Source: an uncultured Dehalococcoidales bacterium (GTDB lineage Bacteria > Chloroflexota > Dehalococcoidia > GIF9 > UBA5629). Taken from it: 64,000 bases of DNA. Location of the stretch: positions 51,119-115,118 of the forward strand of contig CAYNVO010000008.1 in NCBI GenBank assembly GCA_964400675.1. Direction: 5' to 3'. The translations under genes were made by a program, and so were the position numbers. A model generated the notes under the pieces. That model was not told the DNA's origin, made no database searches, and saw nothing but the letters and a program-made list of their open reading frames with translations. Positions within the stretch are counted from its first letter, which is position 1. Each line of letters begins with the position of its first letter. Below, piece after piece: positions 27,957-37,009 of the stretch.

Positions 27957-30900
27957 CTAGGATTTCGAATTTTGGATTTTGGATTTGGCGGTGCCTTTCC
28001 GTCGAGACCTGGTCAACAGGCGATTTATCTCAGCACCCAATTTCTTAACATCAAACGGCTTGGTAATACATGGGACTCCTGTCCTGGCAAGAATGGCTTC
28101 GGTATCCACCCCCATCACGTCACCTGTTATGAACACCACCCGTTTCGCCATGGATGGCTCTATCTCCTTAATACGCTCATACAACTCGCTGCCGCTAATT
28201 TCGGGCAATTTCATGTCCAGCAGTATAAGGTTATAATTATTGCTCTTAATCCGTTTCAAGGTGTCCTTGCCACTGTCCGTGGTCTCCACCTCATGCCCCA
28301 CCTCAGTAAGAACCTGGCTTAACAACTGCCTCACCACCGGCTCATCATCCACCACCAGTATTTTGCCTTTAGCTGTTTTCTCCGCTTTGCGCGCCGGCTT
28401 AGCCTGTCTGGGACGTTTCTCTTCAGTGACTACGGGCAACTCCACGATAAAAGTAGCCCCCTTGCCCATCTGGCTTTCAGCCCATATCCTGCCACCATGC
28501 TCGTTTACTATCCCATGGCAGATGCTCAAACCAAGCCCGGTCCCCTCACCCACCCCCTTGGTAGTAAAGAAGGGGTCGAATATCCTCTCCAGGTTTTCCT
28601 CAGCTATGCCCGGGCCATCGTCTTTAAAAGATACCCGGATGGTATTATCAATGCGCTCTGTCTTAATTATGAGTTTTCCTTTCCTATGTGCTGACCTCAT
28701 CTCCATCTCGGCGTTTATAATCAAATTAAGGAACACCTGCTGAAGCTGACCGGCATCGGCGACAGTCACAGGTATGTCAGGAGCCAGCCTGGCCGTGACC
28801 TTTATATTGCCGGTCTCCAGCTCATAAGCACGCAGACGTAAGACAATCTCGATAATCTGGTTAACATCCACAACCGTACGCTCCGGCCTAGTCTGGCGGG
28901 CAAAAGTGAGCAGCCCTCTTACGACATCAGCCACCCGTTTGCCTCCCTCATAGATAATCTTCAAATCATTCTTTATATGTTCGGGCACATCCTCATACAT
29001 CAACAACTCGGCATAACCGATAACACCGGTAAGGGGGTTATTTATCTCATGGGCGATGCCGGCAGCTAATTCGCCTACGGAAGCCAGACGGCTGGCAAGC
29101 TGTGCCTTTTGCTCCATCCCCCTCCTCTCTTCTTCAGCCTTCTTCCGTTCGGCGATATCCCGCATAACGCCCAGGATACCGATGGGCCGACCATCCGGCT
29201 CACGTATAAAGCTCATCTTCAGTTCAGCCCATAAGAGGGAACCATCACGGCGAATAAATTTTATTTCCAATGTCCTCGACCTGCCCGGGTCCGGTGGCGC
29301 AACATTTGCCCGAGCCATTTCCTCAGCAAAAACATCCAGGGCTAGTTTCTGCGAAGATGGCGTAAGCAGTTGCTCAAATGACATGGACATAATCTCTTCA
29401 GCGGTGCGGTCTACGAGATATTTAGCAGACGGGCTTATATAGGTAAACCGCAAGTTCATATCAGTGGAGAAGATAACGTCTCTTACGTTCTCAGCCAGCA
29501 GTCGATATCGCGCCTCGCTCGCCCGCAGCGACTCCTCAGCTCGCTTGCGCTCTGTGATATCCCGAACGAATACAAACAATCGTTCGCCATCAACTTGCAA
29601 ATAGTTGACACTAATCTCAACGTCAACTATTTCGCCATCCTTGCGGCGATGGCAGCTCTCAAAACGGTCGGAGCCAGTCTCCCTTATCTTCTGGATGCGT
29701 TTGGCTGTTTCCTCTGGTTTCTCTATTGCTTCGATATCTGTGATTACCATATTCAGAAGCTCATCGTGGCTGTAGCCTATCAAACTGCAGTAGGCCTCGT
29801 TCACATCTAAAAAGCGCCCCTGCATATCCGTCTGCCAAAAACCATCTACTGTGGTACGGATGATAGCCCGGTACTCCTGTTCCCTGGCTTTTCGCTCGGT
29901 GATGTCACGGATAAATACAAACTCACGCCCATCATCAGTTGGCAGATAGTTAATACTGACCTCAACGTCAATAATGCTGCCATCTTTGCGCCGGTGACGT
30001 GTTTCAAAGCGGTTCTGGCGTATTTCTTTGATTTCTCGGAAGCGTTCCGTTATCTCCTCCGGCGTCATCATGGCTTCGATGTCCACAATTGACATATTTA
30101 GAAGTTCGTCACGGCTATACCCTATTAAATTGCAGTAGGAGTCGTTTACATCTAATAAGTGCTCCTGCATATCTGCCACCATGTAACCATCTATAGCGGT
30201 GCGGATAATAGTCTGGTACTTCTCCTCAGCCTGCTTGCTCTCGGTGATATCCCGATATACTACCTGGAATCTTTGCTCACCATCCCACAACACCTCTCCA
30301 CGTGACACAGCCAGATTTCGAACCTGACCGCCCTGGCGCACAATGCTGACCTCATAATTGGGTGAGACAAACTCTCCCCGTTTTCTCTTCTCTACTCGTT
30401 CCCTGTGCTCAGCGTAGCTCTCGGGCGTATAAAGTTGCTTTCTAGACACAGCTTCCAGAGCCTTGAGGCTTCCGTAGCCGCATATACTCAGTAAAGCCCG
30501 GTTGACGTAAAGCGTCTTTCCATCCTCGCTGGCAATTCGTATTCCCAGAGGCGAGTTTTCTATTGAGTCACGGAAGTTCTGCTCCGAGAGGCGAAGGGAT
30601 TCTTCAGCTTCCTTACGATCGGTTATGTCACGAACCACGGCTTGAATTGCCGGCTTGCCCTGGTAAACTAAAGGGGCTGCCCTTGCCTCAACATCAATCA
30701 CCGTGCCATCAAGCCTCAGAAACTTTTCTTCCACAGCGAGGGCTATGGTTCCTGTTTCCATCGACTTTTTCATTCTCTGGGCGACAATTTCACGATAGTC
30801 CGGGTGGATGAAGTCCATTACAGGTTTTCCTATGACCTGGTCAGGACTCGAGGCACCATACAACTTCAGTCCGGCACTATTTACGAAGACATGCCTGCCT

Positions 30901-32534
30901 TCAACAGCTACAAAAATGGCTTCAGGAGATAGCTCCACCAGAGAGCGGTACCGATCCTCGCTCTCTCTCAGGACTTCCTCCGCCCGCTTGCGCTCGGTGA
31001 CATCACTGAGTATCGTCTGGATGAACTCTTTATCCCCAATATTGGTTAGTCTGGAAGTCATAACAGCATCGTAAGTAGTGCCATCTTTGCGCCTGAATCG
31101 CATCGGGTAGTCGACAACACTACCATGTCGCCTGATTTCCTGCAGTAATACCTCTCTGTCCGCCTTATCAACGTATGTATCAGCCAGATTAATCCTGCTG
31201 AACTCCTCAGACGAGTAGCCAGTAATGTTTTCCATAGCCTTATTCATGGTTATCACCTTACCATCTATCGAGGAAAAACCGATTCCAAACGGCGCGTTAT
31301 CGAATAGATGGCGGTACCACTGCTCGCTCTCTTCCAGCGCCTGCTCAAGCTTTCTGCGCTCGGTGATGTCCTTAACATAAACACAAAGGCCATCACGCGT
31401 GGGGTAAGCGCTGATGTCAAAAACATAGTCTCTGCCACCGATATAATACTCGTTGACGAAATGCTGCGGCTCCTTCGTCGCCAGCACACTTCGGTACACG
31501 CTTTCGGCTCTTATCGTGGCTTCGTCATCCGAGAAAATATCGGGCATGTGCTTCCCCAGCGCCTCTTCAGCCGGGATTCCGGTGAGTTCTTCACTAGCCC
31601 TGTTCCAATACGTGTACCGCAGCTTGTTGTCCATGGCAAAGAAGACGTCCGTGATGCTTTCGGCAAGTTCCCTGTATCTCGACTCACTTTGTTTTAGGGT
31701 CTCCTCCATCTCCCTCCACTGGGTGACATCATTCACCATATACAGAAGAGCAGGTTTACCTTCCCAGGTGAACGCAGAGTCGGAGAATTCCACCCACCTG
31801 ACATTTCCATTTTTGCCTAGAATCCTGAGAGGTTTCCCATGGTTAGACCAGTCGCCTTTCAACCGCATAGAATAGTTCTCCACCGCTATCTGACGGTCAT
31901 CTGGATGTACAAACTCCAGGAATGGCTTGGAGGTCAGCTCTTCTTGAGAATAACCGGTAATCTCCACAGCCTTGGGGTTGCTGTACTTGGACACGTTATC
32001 CTGAATCACCACAATGATTTCATTGGCATTTTCCACCAGCTCCCGATATCTAACTTCCGAGGCTTGTAGTGCCTCCTCTACCCGCTTGCGCTCGGTGATG
32101 TCCGTATCAAAGACAAGAGCGGCAGGTCTCTCTTCCCAGTTAACTAAGGCAACAGTCCTCTCCAACCACTTGATATTACCCGCTTTGTCAATGATTCTGA
32201 AGGCATAAGCCTGGGGAAGGCTTTCACCCTTTAATCTTCGGGCATGGTAGTCAATCACCATAGCTCGATCATCAGGATAGATAATATCCGCAGGCGATAT
32301 AGAGTTCAGTTCTTCAATCGTGTAGCCTGTGAGTTCCGTGAGCTTGGGGTTAGCAAACTTGATTTTGCCGTCATGGGCCACAGCGATTATCTCAGCCGCA
32401 TTTTCCAGCAGCAGGCGATACCTATCTTCAGCCTTCTTGCTCTCCGCTGCTGAGGCTTCCAGTTCGGCAATCTTCTGGCGCAATTTCTCCAGTTCAGTGA
32501 TGAGCTGCCCGGTGTCCCTATCCGCGTCTTTCAT
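27957..32534 (-). CDS. Soluble hybrid sensor histidine kinase: 9 PAS/PAC domains, HisKA, HATPase, receiver
   Basis: Nine repeats ending in (R)DIT(E)RK-like motifs; AHEINNPL (H-box), QVFLNLIINA, DDGPGI, FFTTK, GTGLGL; receiver VVDDE..LLDMKLP..KPF. Confidence 0.95.
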   Translation of the reverse strand: MKDADRDTGQLITELEKLRQKIAELEASAAESKKAEDRYRLLLENAAEIIAVAHDGKIKFANPKLTELTGYTIEELNSISPADIIYPDDRAMVIDYHARRLKGESLPQAYAFRIIDKAGNIKWLERTVALVNWEERPAALVFDTDITERKRVEEALQASEVRYRELVENANEIIVVIQDNVSKYSNPKAVEITGYSQEELTSKPFLEFVHPDDRQIAVENYSMRLKGDWSNHGKPLRILGKNGNVRWVEFSDSAFTWEGKPALLYMVNDVTQWREMEETLKQSESRYRELAESITDVFFAMDNKLRYTYWNRASEELTGIPAEEALGKHMPDIFSDDEATIRAESVYRSVLATKEPQHFVNEYYIGGRDYVFDISAYPTRDGLCVYVKDITERRKLEQALEESEQWYRHLFDNAPFGIGFSSIDGKVITMNKAMENITGYSSEEFSRINLADTYVDKADREVLLQEIRRHGSVVDYPMRFRRKDGTTYDAVMTSRLTNIGDKEFIQTILSDVTERKRAEEVLRESEDRYRSLVELSPEAIFVAVEGRHVFVNSAGLKLYGASSPDQVIGKPVMDFIHPDYREIVAQRMKKSMETGTIALAVEEKFLRLDGTVIDVEARAAPLVYQGKPAIQAVVRDITDRKEAEESLRLSEQNFRDSIENSPLGIRIASEDGKTLYVNRALLSICGYGSLKALEAVSRKQLYTPESYAEHRERVEKRKRGEFVSPNYEVSIVRQGGQVRNLAVSRGEVLWDGEQRFQVVYRDITESKQAEEKYQTIIRTAIDGYMVADMQEHLLDVNDSYCNLIGYSRDELLNMSIVDIEAMMTPEEITERFREIKEIRQNRFETRHRRKDGSIIDVEVSINYLPTDDGREFVFIRDITERKAREQEYRAIIRTTVDGFWQTDMQGRFLDVNEAYCSLIGYSHDELLNMVITDIEAIEKPEETAKRIQKIRETGSDRFESCHRRKDGEIVDVEISVNYLQVDGERLFVFVRDITERKRAEESLRASEARYRLLAENVRDVIFSTDMNLRFTYISPSAKYLVDRTAEEIMSMSFEQLLTPSSQKLALDVFAEEMARANVAPPDPGRSRTLEIKFIRRDGSLLWAELKMSFIREPDGRPIGILGVMRDIAERKKAEEERRGMEQKAQLASRLASVGELAAGIAHEINNPLTGVIGYAELLMYEDVPEHIKNDLKIIYEGGKRVADVVRGLLTFARQTRPERTVVDVNQIIEIVLRLRAYELETGNIKVTARLAPDIPVTVADAGQLQQVFLNLIINAEMEMRSAHRKGKLIIKTERIDNTIRVSFKDDGPGIAEENLERIFDPFFTTKGVGEGTGLGLSICHGIVNEHGGRIWAESQMGKGATFIVELPVVTEEKRPRQAKPARKAEKTAKGKILVVDDEPVVRQLLSQVLTEVGHEVETTDSGKDTLKRIKSNNYNLILLDMKLPEISGSELYERIKEIEPSMAKRVVFITGDVMGVDTEAILARTGVPCITKPFDVKKLGAEINRLLTRSRRKGTAKSKIQNSKS

Positions 32535-32655
32535 CTCCCACCTCCTTTGAATGGACTGGCTCTACGTGGGGTTACAAAAGGAAACCATTTTGCCTGCCCC
32601 CTTTCTACTATCTTCCGCTGAATATGTCAAGTCAATGAGTCCACTCATGCAAAAC

Positions 32656-32683
32656 TTGACAAGTCTGAAAAAGGTGGTAAAAT
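32656..32683 (+). promoter_or_regulatory. Sigma70 promoter of the T-box/trpB2 transcript
   Basis: TTGACA-16 nt-TAAAAT with TGn extended -10. Confidence 0.75.
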
Positions 32684-32704
32684 GAATGTCTAATTGAATA
32701 CGGC

Positions 32705-32988
32705 AAAGGCTGTGAACAGGACTAGTAAGCCTTTAGGCGAAGCTACAGAGAGTCAGGAGAGGTGAAAGCTGACGCTGGCGCAGAGGCTGAATGGACTTGG
32801 GAGCCGCAAACCGAAAGTTTAGTGTAACTAATACAAGTAGGCTTTGACGCAAAGGGAAGCGTTATCACAACCCGGGGTATCGCTCTAACTGATAGGGCTA
32901 TACCTGAAGGAGATGGTCGAAAGACCAAAAAGGGTGGCACCGCGAAAGTTAAGCCTCTCGCCCCTTAGGCGAGAGGCATTTTGTTTTT
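32705..32988 (+). ncRNA. T-box riboswitch, Trp specifier
   Basis: AGUA and AGAGAG elements, GGTGAAAGCTGA loop, specifier GAA-TGG-A (UGG at 32792-32794), T-box AAGGGTGGCACCGCG (32930-32944), terminator gcctctcgcc/ggcgagaggc followed by T-rich tail. Confidence 0.93.
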
Positions 32989-33016
32989 ATAAAGAGCTTT
33001 CGAAGGAGGTAAAGGC

Positions 33017-33046
33017 ATGACAACAATATTTTGGATGTGGCCCTAG
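33017..33046 (+). CDS. Putative Trp-sensing leader peptide MTTIFWMWP
   Basis: AAGGAGGT Shine-Dalgarno 6 nt upstream; 2 of 9 codons are TGG; lies between the T-box terminator and trpB2. Confidence 0.65.
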   Translation: MTTIFWMWP

Positions 33047-33112
33047 TGGCCAAGAACAAGCTTAATAAGCCTAAACGCATTTTTCAGTTCAAAAACTAAA
33101 AAGGAGGGGAAA

Positions 33113-34480
33113 ATGAAACAAACCAAATTCATCTTAACCGAAAAGGAGATGCCTACGTCATGGTACAACATCCTGGCCGACCTGCCCAAGCCATTGCCGC
33201 CGTTACTGCATCCGGGCACTAAGGAGCCTACCATCCTGCCTCCGCCGTTGTTTGCTTCGGCCTTAAGAGACCAGGAATTCAGCCAGGAGCGCTACATCGA
33301 GATTCCTGAAGAAGTGCAAGATATTTACCGCACGTGGAGACCGACCGCATTACATCGGGCGTATCGGCTTGAGAAAGCTCTGGACACCCCGGCAAAGATT
33401 TTCTACAAGTATGAGGGAACAAGCCAAGCTGGCAGCCACAAGCCTAACACCGCCGTGGCTCAAGCTTACTATGCCAAACAAGATGGGATCAAGCGAATCG
33501 CTACCGAGACCGGCGCCGGCCAGTGGGGCAGCGCCCTGTCAATGGGCTGCATGTTCTTCGGCATCGAGTTAAAGGTGTACATGGTCAAGGTGAGCTACAA
33601 TCAGAAGCCGTACCGCCGCATGCTGATGGAAACCTGGGGAGCCAAGTGTGTGCCCAGCCCCAGCCAGGATACCGAAATAGGGCGCAAGATTTTAGCCGAA
33701 GACCCCGATTCACCCGGCAGCCTGGGCATCGCCATCAGCGAGGCGATAGAGGATGCTTTTGGCCGCGATGACACCTACTACTCCATAGGTAGTGTCATCA
33801 ACTGCGTCTTGCTTCATCAAACCATAAACGGCCTGGAAGCCAAGAAGGCGATGGAGAAGGCTGACGCCTACCCTGATATCATCGTCGGCTGTATCGGCGG
33901 CGGCAGCAATTTCGCCGGGCTGTATTTACCCTTCGTCAAGGATAAAATCGAGGGCAAAAAGCCGAATCTGCGCATTATCAATGTCGAGCCGACAGCCTGC
34001 CCCAGCATGACTAAGGGGCCCTACACCTGGGACTACGGAGACATCGCGGGGATGGCACCGATAGTAAAAATGAATACTCTTGGGCATACCTTCGTCCCAC
34101 CAAAGATCCATGCCGGCGGGCTCCGTTACCATGGCATGGCACCGATAATCTGCCACCTTCATCAACTCGGCTTTGTCGAAGCCAAAGCAGTGCCCCAGGT
34201 GGCAGCTTTCCAGGCTGGCGTGCAGTTTGCGCGAACCGAGGGCATCGTCTCAGCTCCAGAGCCAAACCATGCCATTAAGGTGGTCATAGATGAGGCTTTA
34301 GCGTGTAAAGAATCGGGTGAAAGTAAGACCATCCTGTTAGCTCATAGCGGACATGGACACTTTGACCTGGCAGCTTATGACGAATACCTATCAGGAAAAC
34401 TCCAGGACTACGACTATCCAGAAGAAAAAGTTAAGGAAGCCCTGACGCACCTGCCCAAGGTAGATTACGTAGAGGCATAA
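33113..34480 (+). CDS. trpB2: Tryptophan synthase beta chain type 2 (TrpB2)
   Basis: GSHKPNTA (PLP lysine), [26 protein letters not shown]; long N-terminus typical of TrpB2; under a Trp T-box. Confidence 0.93.
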   Translation: MKQTKFILTEKEMPTSWYNILADLPKPLPPLLHPGTKEPTILPPPLFASALRDQEFSQERYIEIPEEVQDIYRTWRPTALHRAYRLEKALDTPAKIFYKYEGTSQAGSHKPNTAVAQAYYAKQDGIKRIATETGAGQWGSALSMGCMFFGIELKVYMVKVSYNQKPYRRMLMETWGAKCVPSPSQDTEIGRKILAEDPDSPGSLGIAISEAIEDAFGRDDTYYSIGSVINCVLLHQTINGLEAKKAMEKADAYPDIIVGCIGGGSNFAGLYLPFVKDKIEGKKPNLRIINVEPTACPSMTKGPYTWDYGDIAGMAPIVKMNTLGHTFVPPKIHAGGLRYHGMAPIICHLHQLGFVEAKAVPQVAAFQAGVQFARTEGIVSAPEPNHAIKVVIDEALACKESGESKTILLAHSGHGHFDLAAYDEYLSGKLQDYDYPEEKVKEALTHLPKVDYVEA

Positions 34481-34502
34481 TCCACATATATAGAGTGTTT
34501 GT

Positions 34503-34850
34503 TTTTCATCCTCACCCAAACCCTCTTCCTTGCCTGTCCTGAGCGTAGTCGAAGGGATAGGAGAGGGTTTGGGGTGAGGGTGAAAACTGAAATCCCAAAC
34601 AAATCTAAATATCTAAACTCGAAATTTAGATTCGAGATTGTCATGCTTCGCTCACTGGCAATCCTCCCTGTCATCGCGAGGAGCGATAGCGACGTGGCGA
34701 TCTCACTCTACGTCCTGTCATTCTGACCCTGAACGAAGTGAAGGGGAAGAATCTCATGTCTTACCTGCCACCGAGATTGCTATGCCCTTCAACGGAAGGA
34801 CTCGCAATGATAGAACTTGGAGGATTTGAATTTTGATATTGTTTAGGACT
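34503..34850. repeat. Nested cluster of several palindromic repeat families, copy C
   Basis: ttttcatcctcacccaaaccctcttcc/ggagagggtttggggtgagggtgaaaa palindrome; tgtcatcgcgaggagcg..gcgatctc paired with gagattgc..ctcgcaatga around tgtcattctg..gaagaatctc. Confidence 0.8.
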
Positions 34851-34902
34851 GGGTAAATTGGGATTTGTAGTTTTTTGGCGGGAATCTGATAATGGTGGCA
34901 GA

Positions 34903-35676
34903 CTAGAGATTAACCTTCATACCCTCGTAGCCAATATCTATGCGGACCCCCAATCCCCGAGCTACCTCTTTAACCTCCTGCTCGACTTCTCTCTGCAAAT
35001 GTGGTGGAATATGAATAACGATAACACGTGGCAAATATCCCTTCATTTGCTTGAACTGAATAAGTTCCTCCCTGAGAAGCCCGGCTGACAGATGACCCAC
35101 ACTTTTAAGAAATTCCTCAGACTTGTTGATGCCGGATACTTCAATTATAAGCAACTGTGGCGATATCTTTTGCCAGCATTCTGCCAATCCCGGACCAGTG
35201 TCACCTGTGTAAAACAAACTCTTGCCATCCCCAGATGTTACTTGAAATCCGAGGCAAGGCACTGAATGTTGTACCGTTACAGGCAACACATCATATCCCT
35301 GAATATTCTGCCTCTGAAATGGCTCAATAACATTTAGACACAGAAAAGGCTTCTCTTTAGATGGCCATTTGGAGAAATCGACATACATCTTACCATCAAG
35401 CAGACATGAGTTAACAATATCAAGAGTTTGGCTCAAGGCATAGACATCTACGGGATTCGGAAACGCAGCACCGTTAGCTCCTAGGGTGACCAAATCCCGA
35501 GTATGGTCAAAGTGATGATGAGTCAGCAAAATCGCTCTCAACTTCTGCTGCTCCGACAGCGAGAGGCTAGAGGTAAGACCACCAGCATCCAAAGCCAGAG
35601 TGTCATCAATTAGAAGGGAAACCATCCGCTGCCCTTTAGCCTCAATACTGTGAGCGCCCAGAATGCGGATTTTCAT
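34903..35676 (-). CDS. Metallo-beta-lactamase-fold hydrolase (class II cyclic-nucleotide phosphodiesterase-like)
   Basis: LDAGG, THHHFDH (HxHxDH), VQHSVP, YTGDTG, GHL. Confidence 0.8.
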   Translation of the reverse strand: MKIRILGAHSIEAKGQRMVSLLIDDTLALDAGGLTSSLSLSEQQKLRAILLTHHHFDHTRDLVTLGANGAAFPNPVDVYALSQTLDIVNSCLLDGKMYVDFSKWPSKEKPFLCLNVIEPFQRQNIQGYDVLPVTVQHSVPCLGFQVTSGDGKSLFYTGDTGPGLAECWQKISPQLLIIEVSGINKSEEFLKSVGHLSAGLLREELIQFKQMKGYLPRVIVIHIPPHLQREVEQEVKEVARGLGVRIDIGYEGMKVNL

Positions 35677-35852
35677 TCCTGTGCCTCCGATTTACATATT
35701 TGCCCTGAGCCCGAACAAATGCTGTAACGGTCTAGTACCTTGCCAGCTAATCACGCATTATGAACCAGTTAGTCATAATAATCAAGCATACTTTTGCCAC
35801 AAAAAAAGCTCTGTGCTAAAATTCATGCACTTTCAATCGCAGGAAGGCTTTA

Positions 35853-36980
35853 ATGAAAAAAGTATTGATTGTTCTTTTACTGTTGAGTTTAATAGCAGGC
35901 ATGACCAGTTGTCTGTTACCCCTGCCCACCACACCAACACCATCATCACCAAAAACTGAAGCGCCAACCGCTCAAGCACCCGGTCCGCCAATAGACACGA
36001 GCTGGTCACCACCGCAACCAAAGGCTGAGGCCCCAACACTACCCAGCATCGCCGATGTAGTAGAACAGGTTTACCCATCGGTGGTAGCCATAAGCACTGA
36101 AGTCATGACCTTGGATATCTTTCGCACACCAAGAACACAAAAAGGCTCCGCCTCAGGCTGGATTATAGACAAAGACGGCATCATCGTGACCAATAATCAT
36201 GTGGTCGAGGGAGCCGAGAAGGTAACAGTAGAACTGAGTGACGGCAGAATCTTCGAGGCAGACCCAAACAACATACATACGGACCCGTTAACAGACCTGG
36301 CAGTCATCAAAATTAACGCCACCGACTTGCCGGCTGCCAGTGTGGGCGACTCAACACAGCTCAGAGTTGGGGATTGGGTAGTAGCCATCGGCAATCCCCT
36401 AGGCCAGGGCATAAGAGCTAAAGAAGGCACTGTCAGCGGCTTGAAAGTATCTTTAGATGTAGACCAGGGGCAGACTTTAGGTGACCTTATCGAGACATCG
36501 GCAGCTATTAACCCGGGTAACAGCGGCGGACCTTTGGTTAGTATGAATGGAGAAGTCATCGGCATCACCAGCGCCAAGATTGCTGCAGTCGGAGTTGAAG
36601 GCCTGGGCTATGCCATAAGCACCAAGACAGCCCTACCAATCATCGAGCAGCTAATCAGACAAGGTTTCGTGACCCGTCCCTGGCTTGGTGTCACCCTGTA
36701 TACCGTTGACCAATACGTTGCCACGGTGAACCGTTTACCTGTTAACAAAGGCGTGGTTATTGTCTATGTAATACCGGGCAGCCCGGCAGCACAGGTAGGA
36801 TTGCAGAAGCTTGATGTAATCACCCTCTTCAAAGGCAAAGAGGTAACTACAGCCGACGAATTAATAAACTCTATACACGAATCTCAGATTGGAGAGGAAG
36901 TTACCATAACATTCGCCCGGGGCAACGAGACAAAGACAATCTCCACCCGCCTGATACAAAGCCCACCCCCGATCAATTAA
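35853..36980 (+). CDS. htrA: HtrA/DegP serine protease with PDZ domain, probable lipoprotein
   Basis: Lipobox-like MTSC, Pro-rich linker, TNNHVV, DLAVIKI, INPGNSGGPL, C-terminal PDZ. Confidence 0.93.
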   Translation: MKKVLIVLLLLSLIAGMTSCLLPLPTTPTPSSPKTEAPTAQAPGPPIDTSWSPPQPKAEAPTLPSIADVVEQVYPSVVAISTEVMTLDIFRTPRTQKGSASGWIIDKDGIIVTNNHVVEGAEKVTVELSDGRIFEADPNNIHTDPLTDLAVIKINATDLPAASVGDSTQLRVGDWVVAIGNPLGQGIRAKEGTVSGLKVSLDVDQGQTLGDLIETSAAINPGNSGGPLVSMNGEVIGITSAKIAAVGVEGLGYAISTKTALPIIEQLIRQGFVTRPWLGVTLYTVDQYVATVNRLPVNKGVVIVYVIPGSPAAQVGLQKLDVITLFKGKEVTTADELINSIHESQIGEEVTITFARGNETKTISTRLIQSPPPIN

Positions 36981-37009
36981 GTAAGATAGTCAATTCAAGA
37001 AATTGCCTC

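Noticed and set aside
32743-32940. 65 aa minus-strand ORF; region also considered as tmRNA or RNase P RNA
   Set aside because: Fully explained by the plus-strand T-box; no tRNA-like ends or RNase P consensus.
34465-34829. Three short ORFs (34465-34674, 34499-34726, 34638-34829) and 27815-28048
   Set aside because: They are translations of palindromic repeat DNA (ACPERSRR, VIARSDSDVAIS, CHSDPERSEGEES), not real genes.
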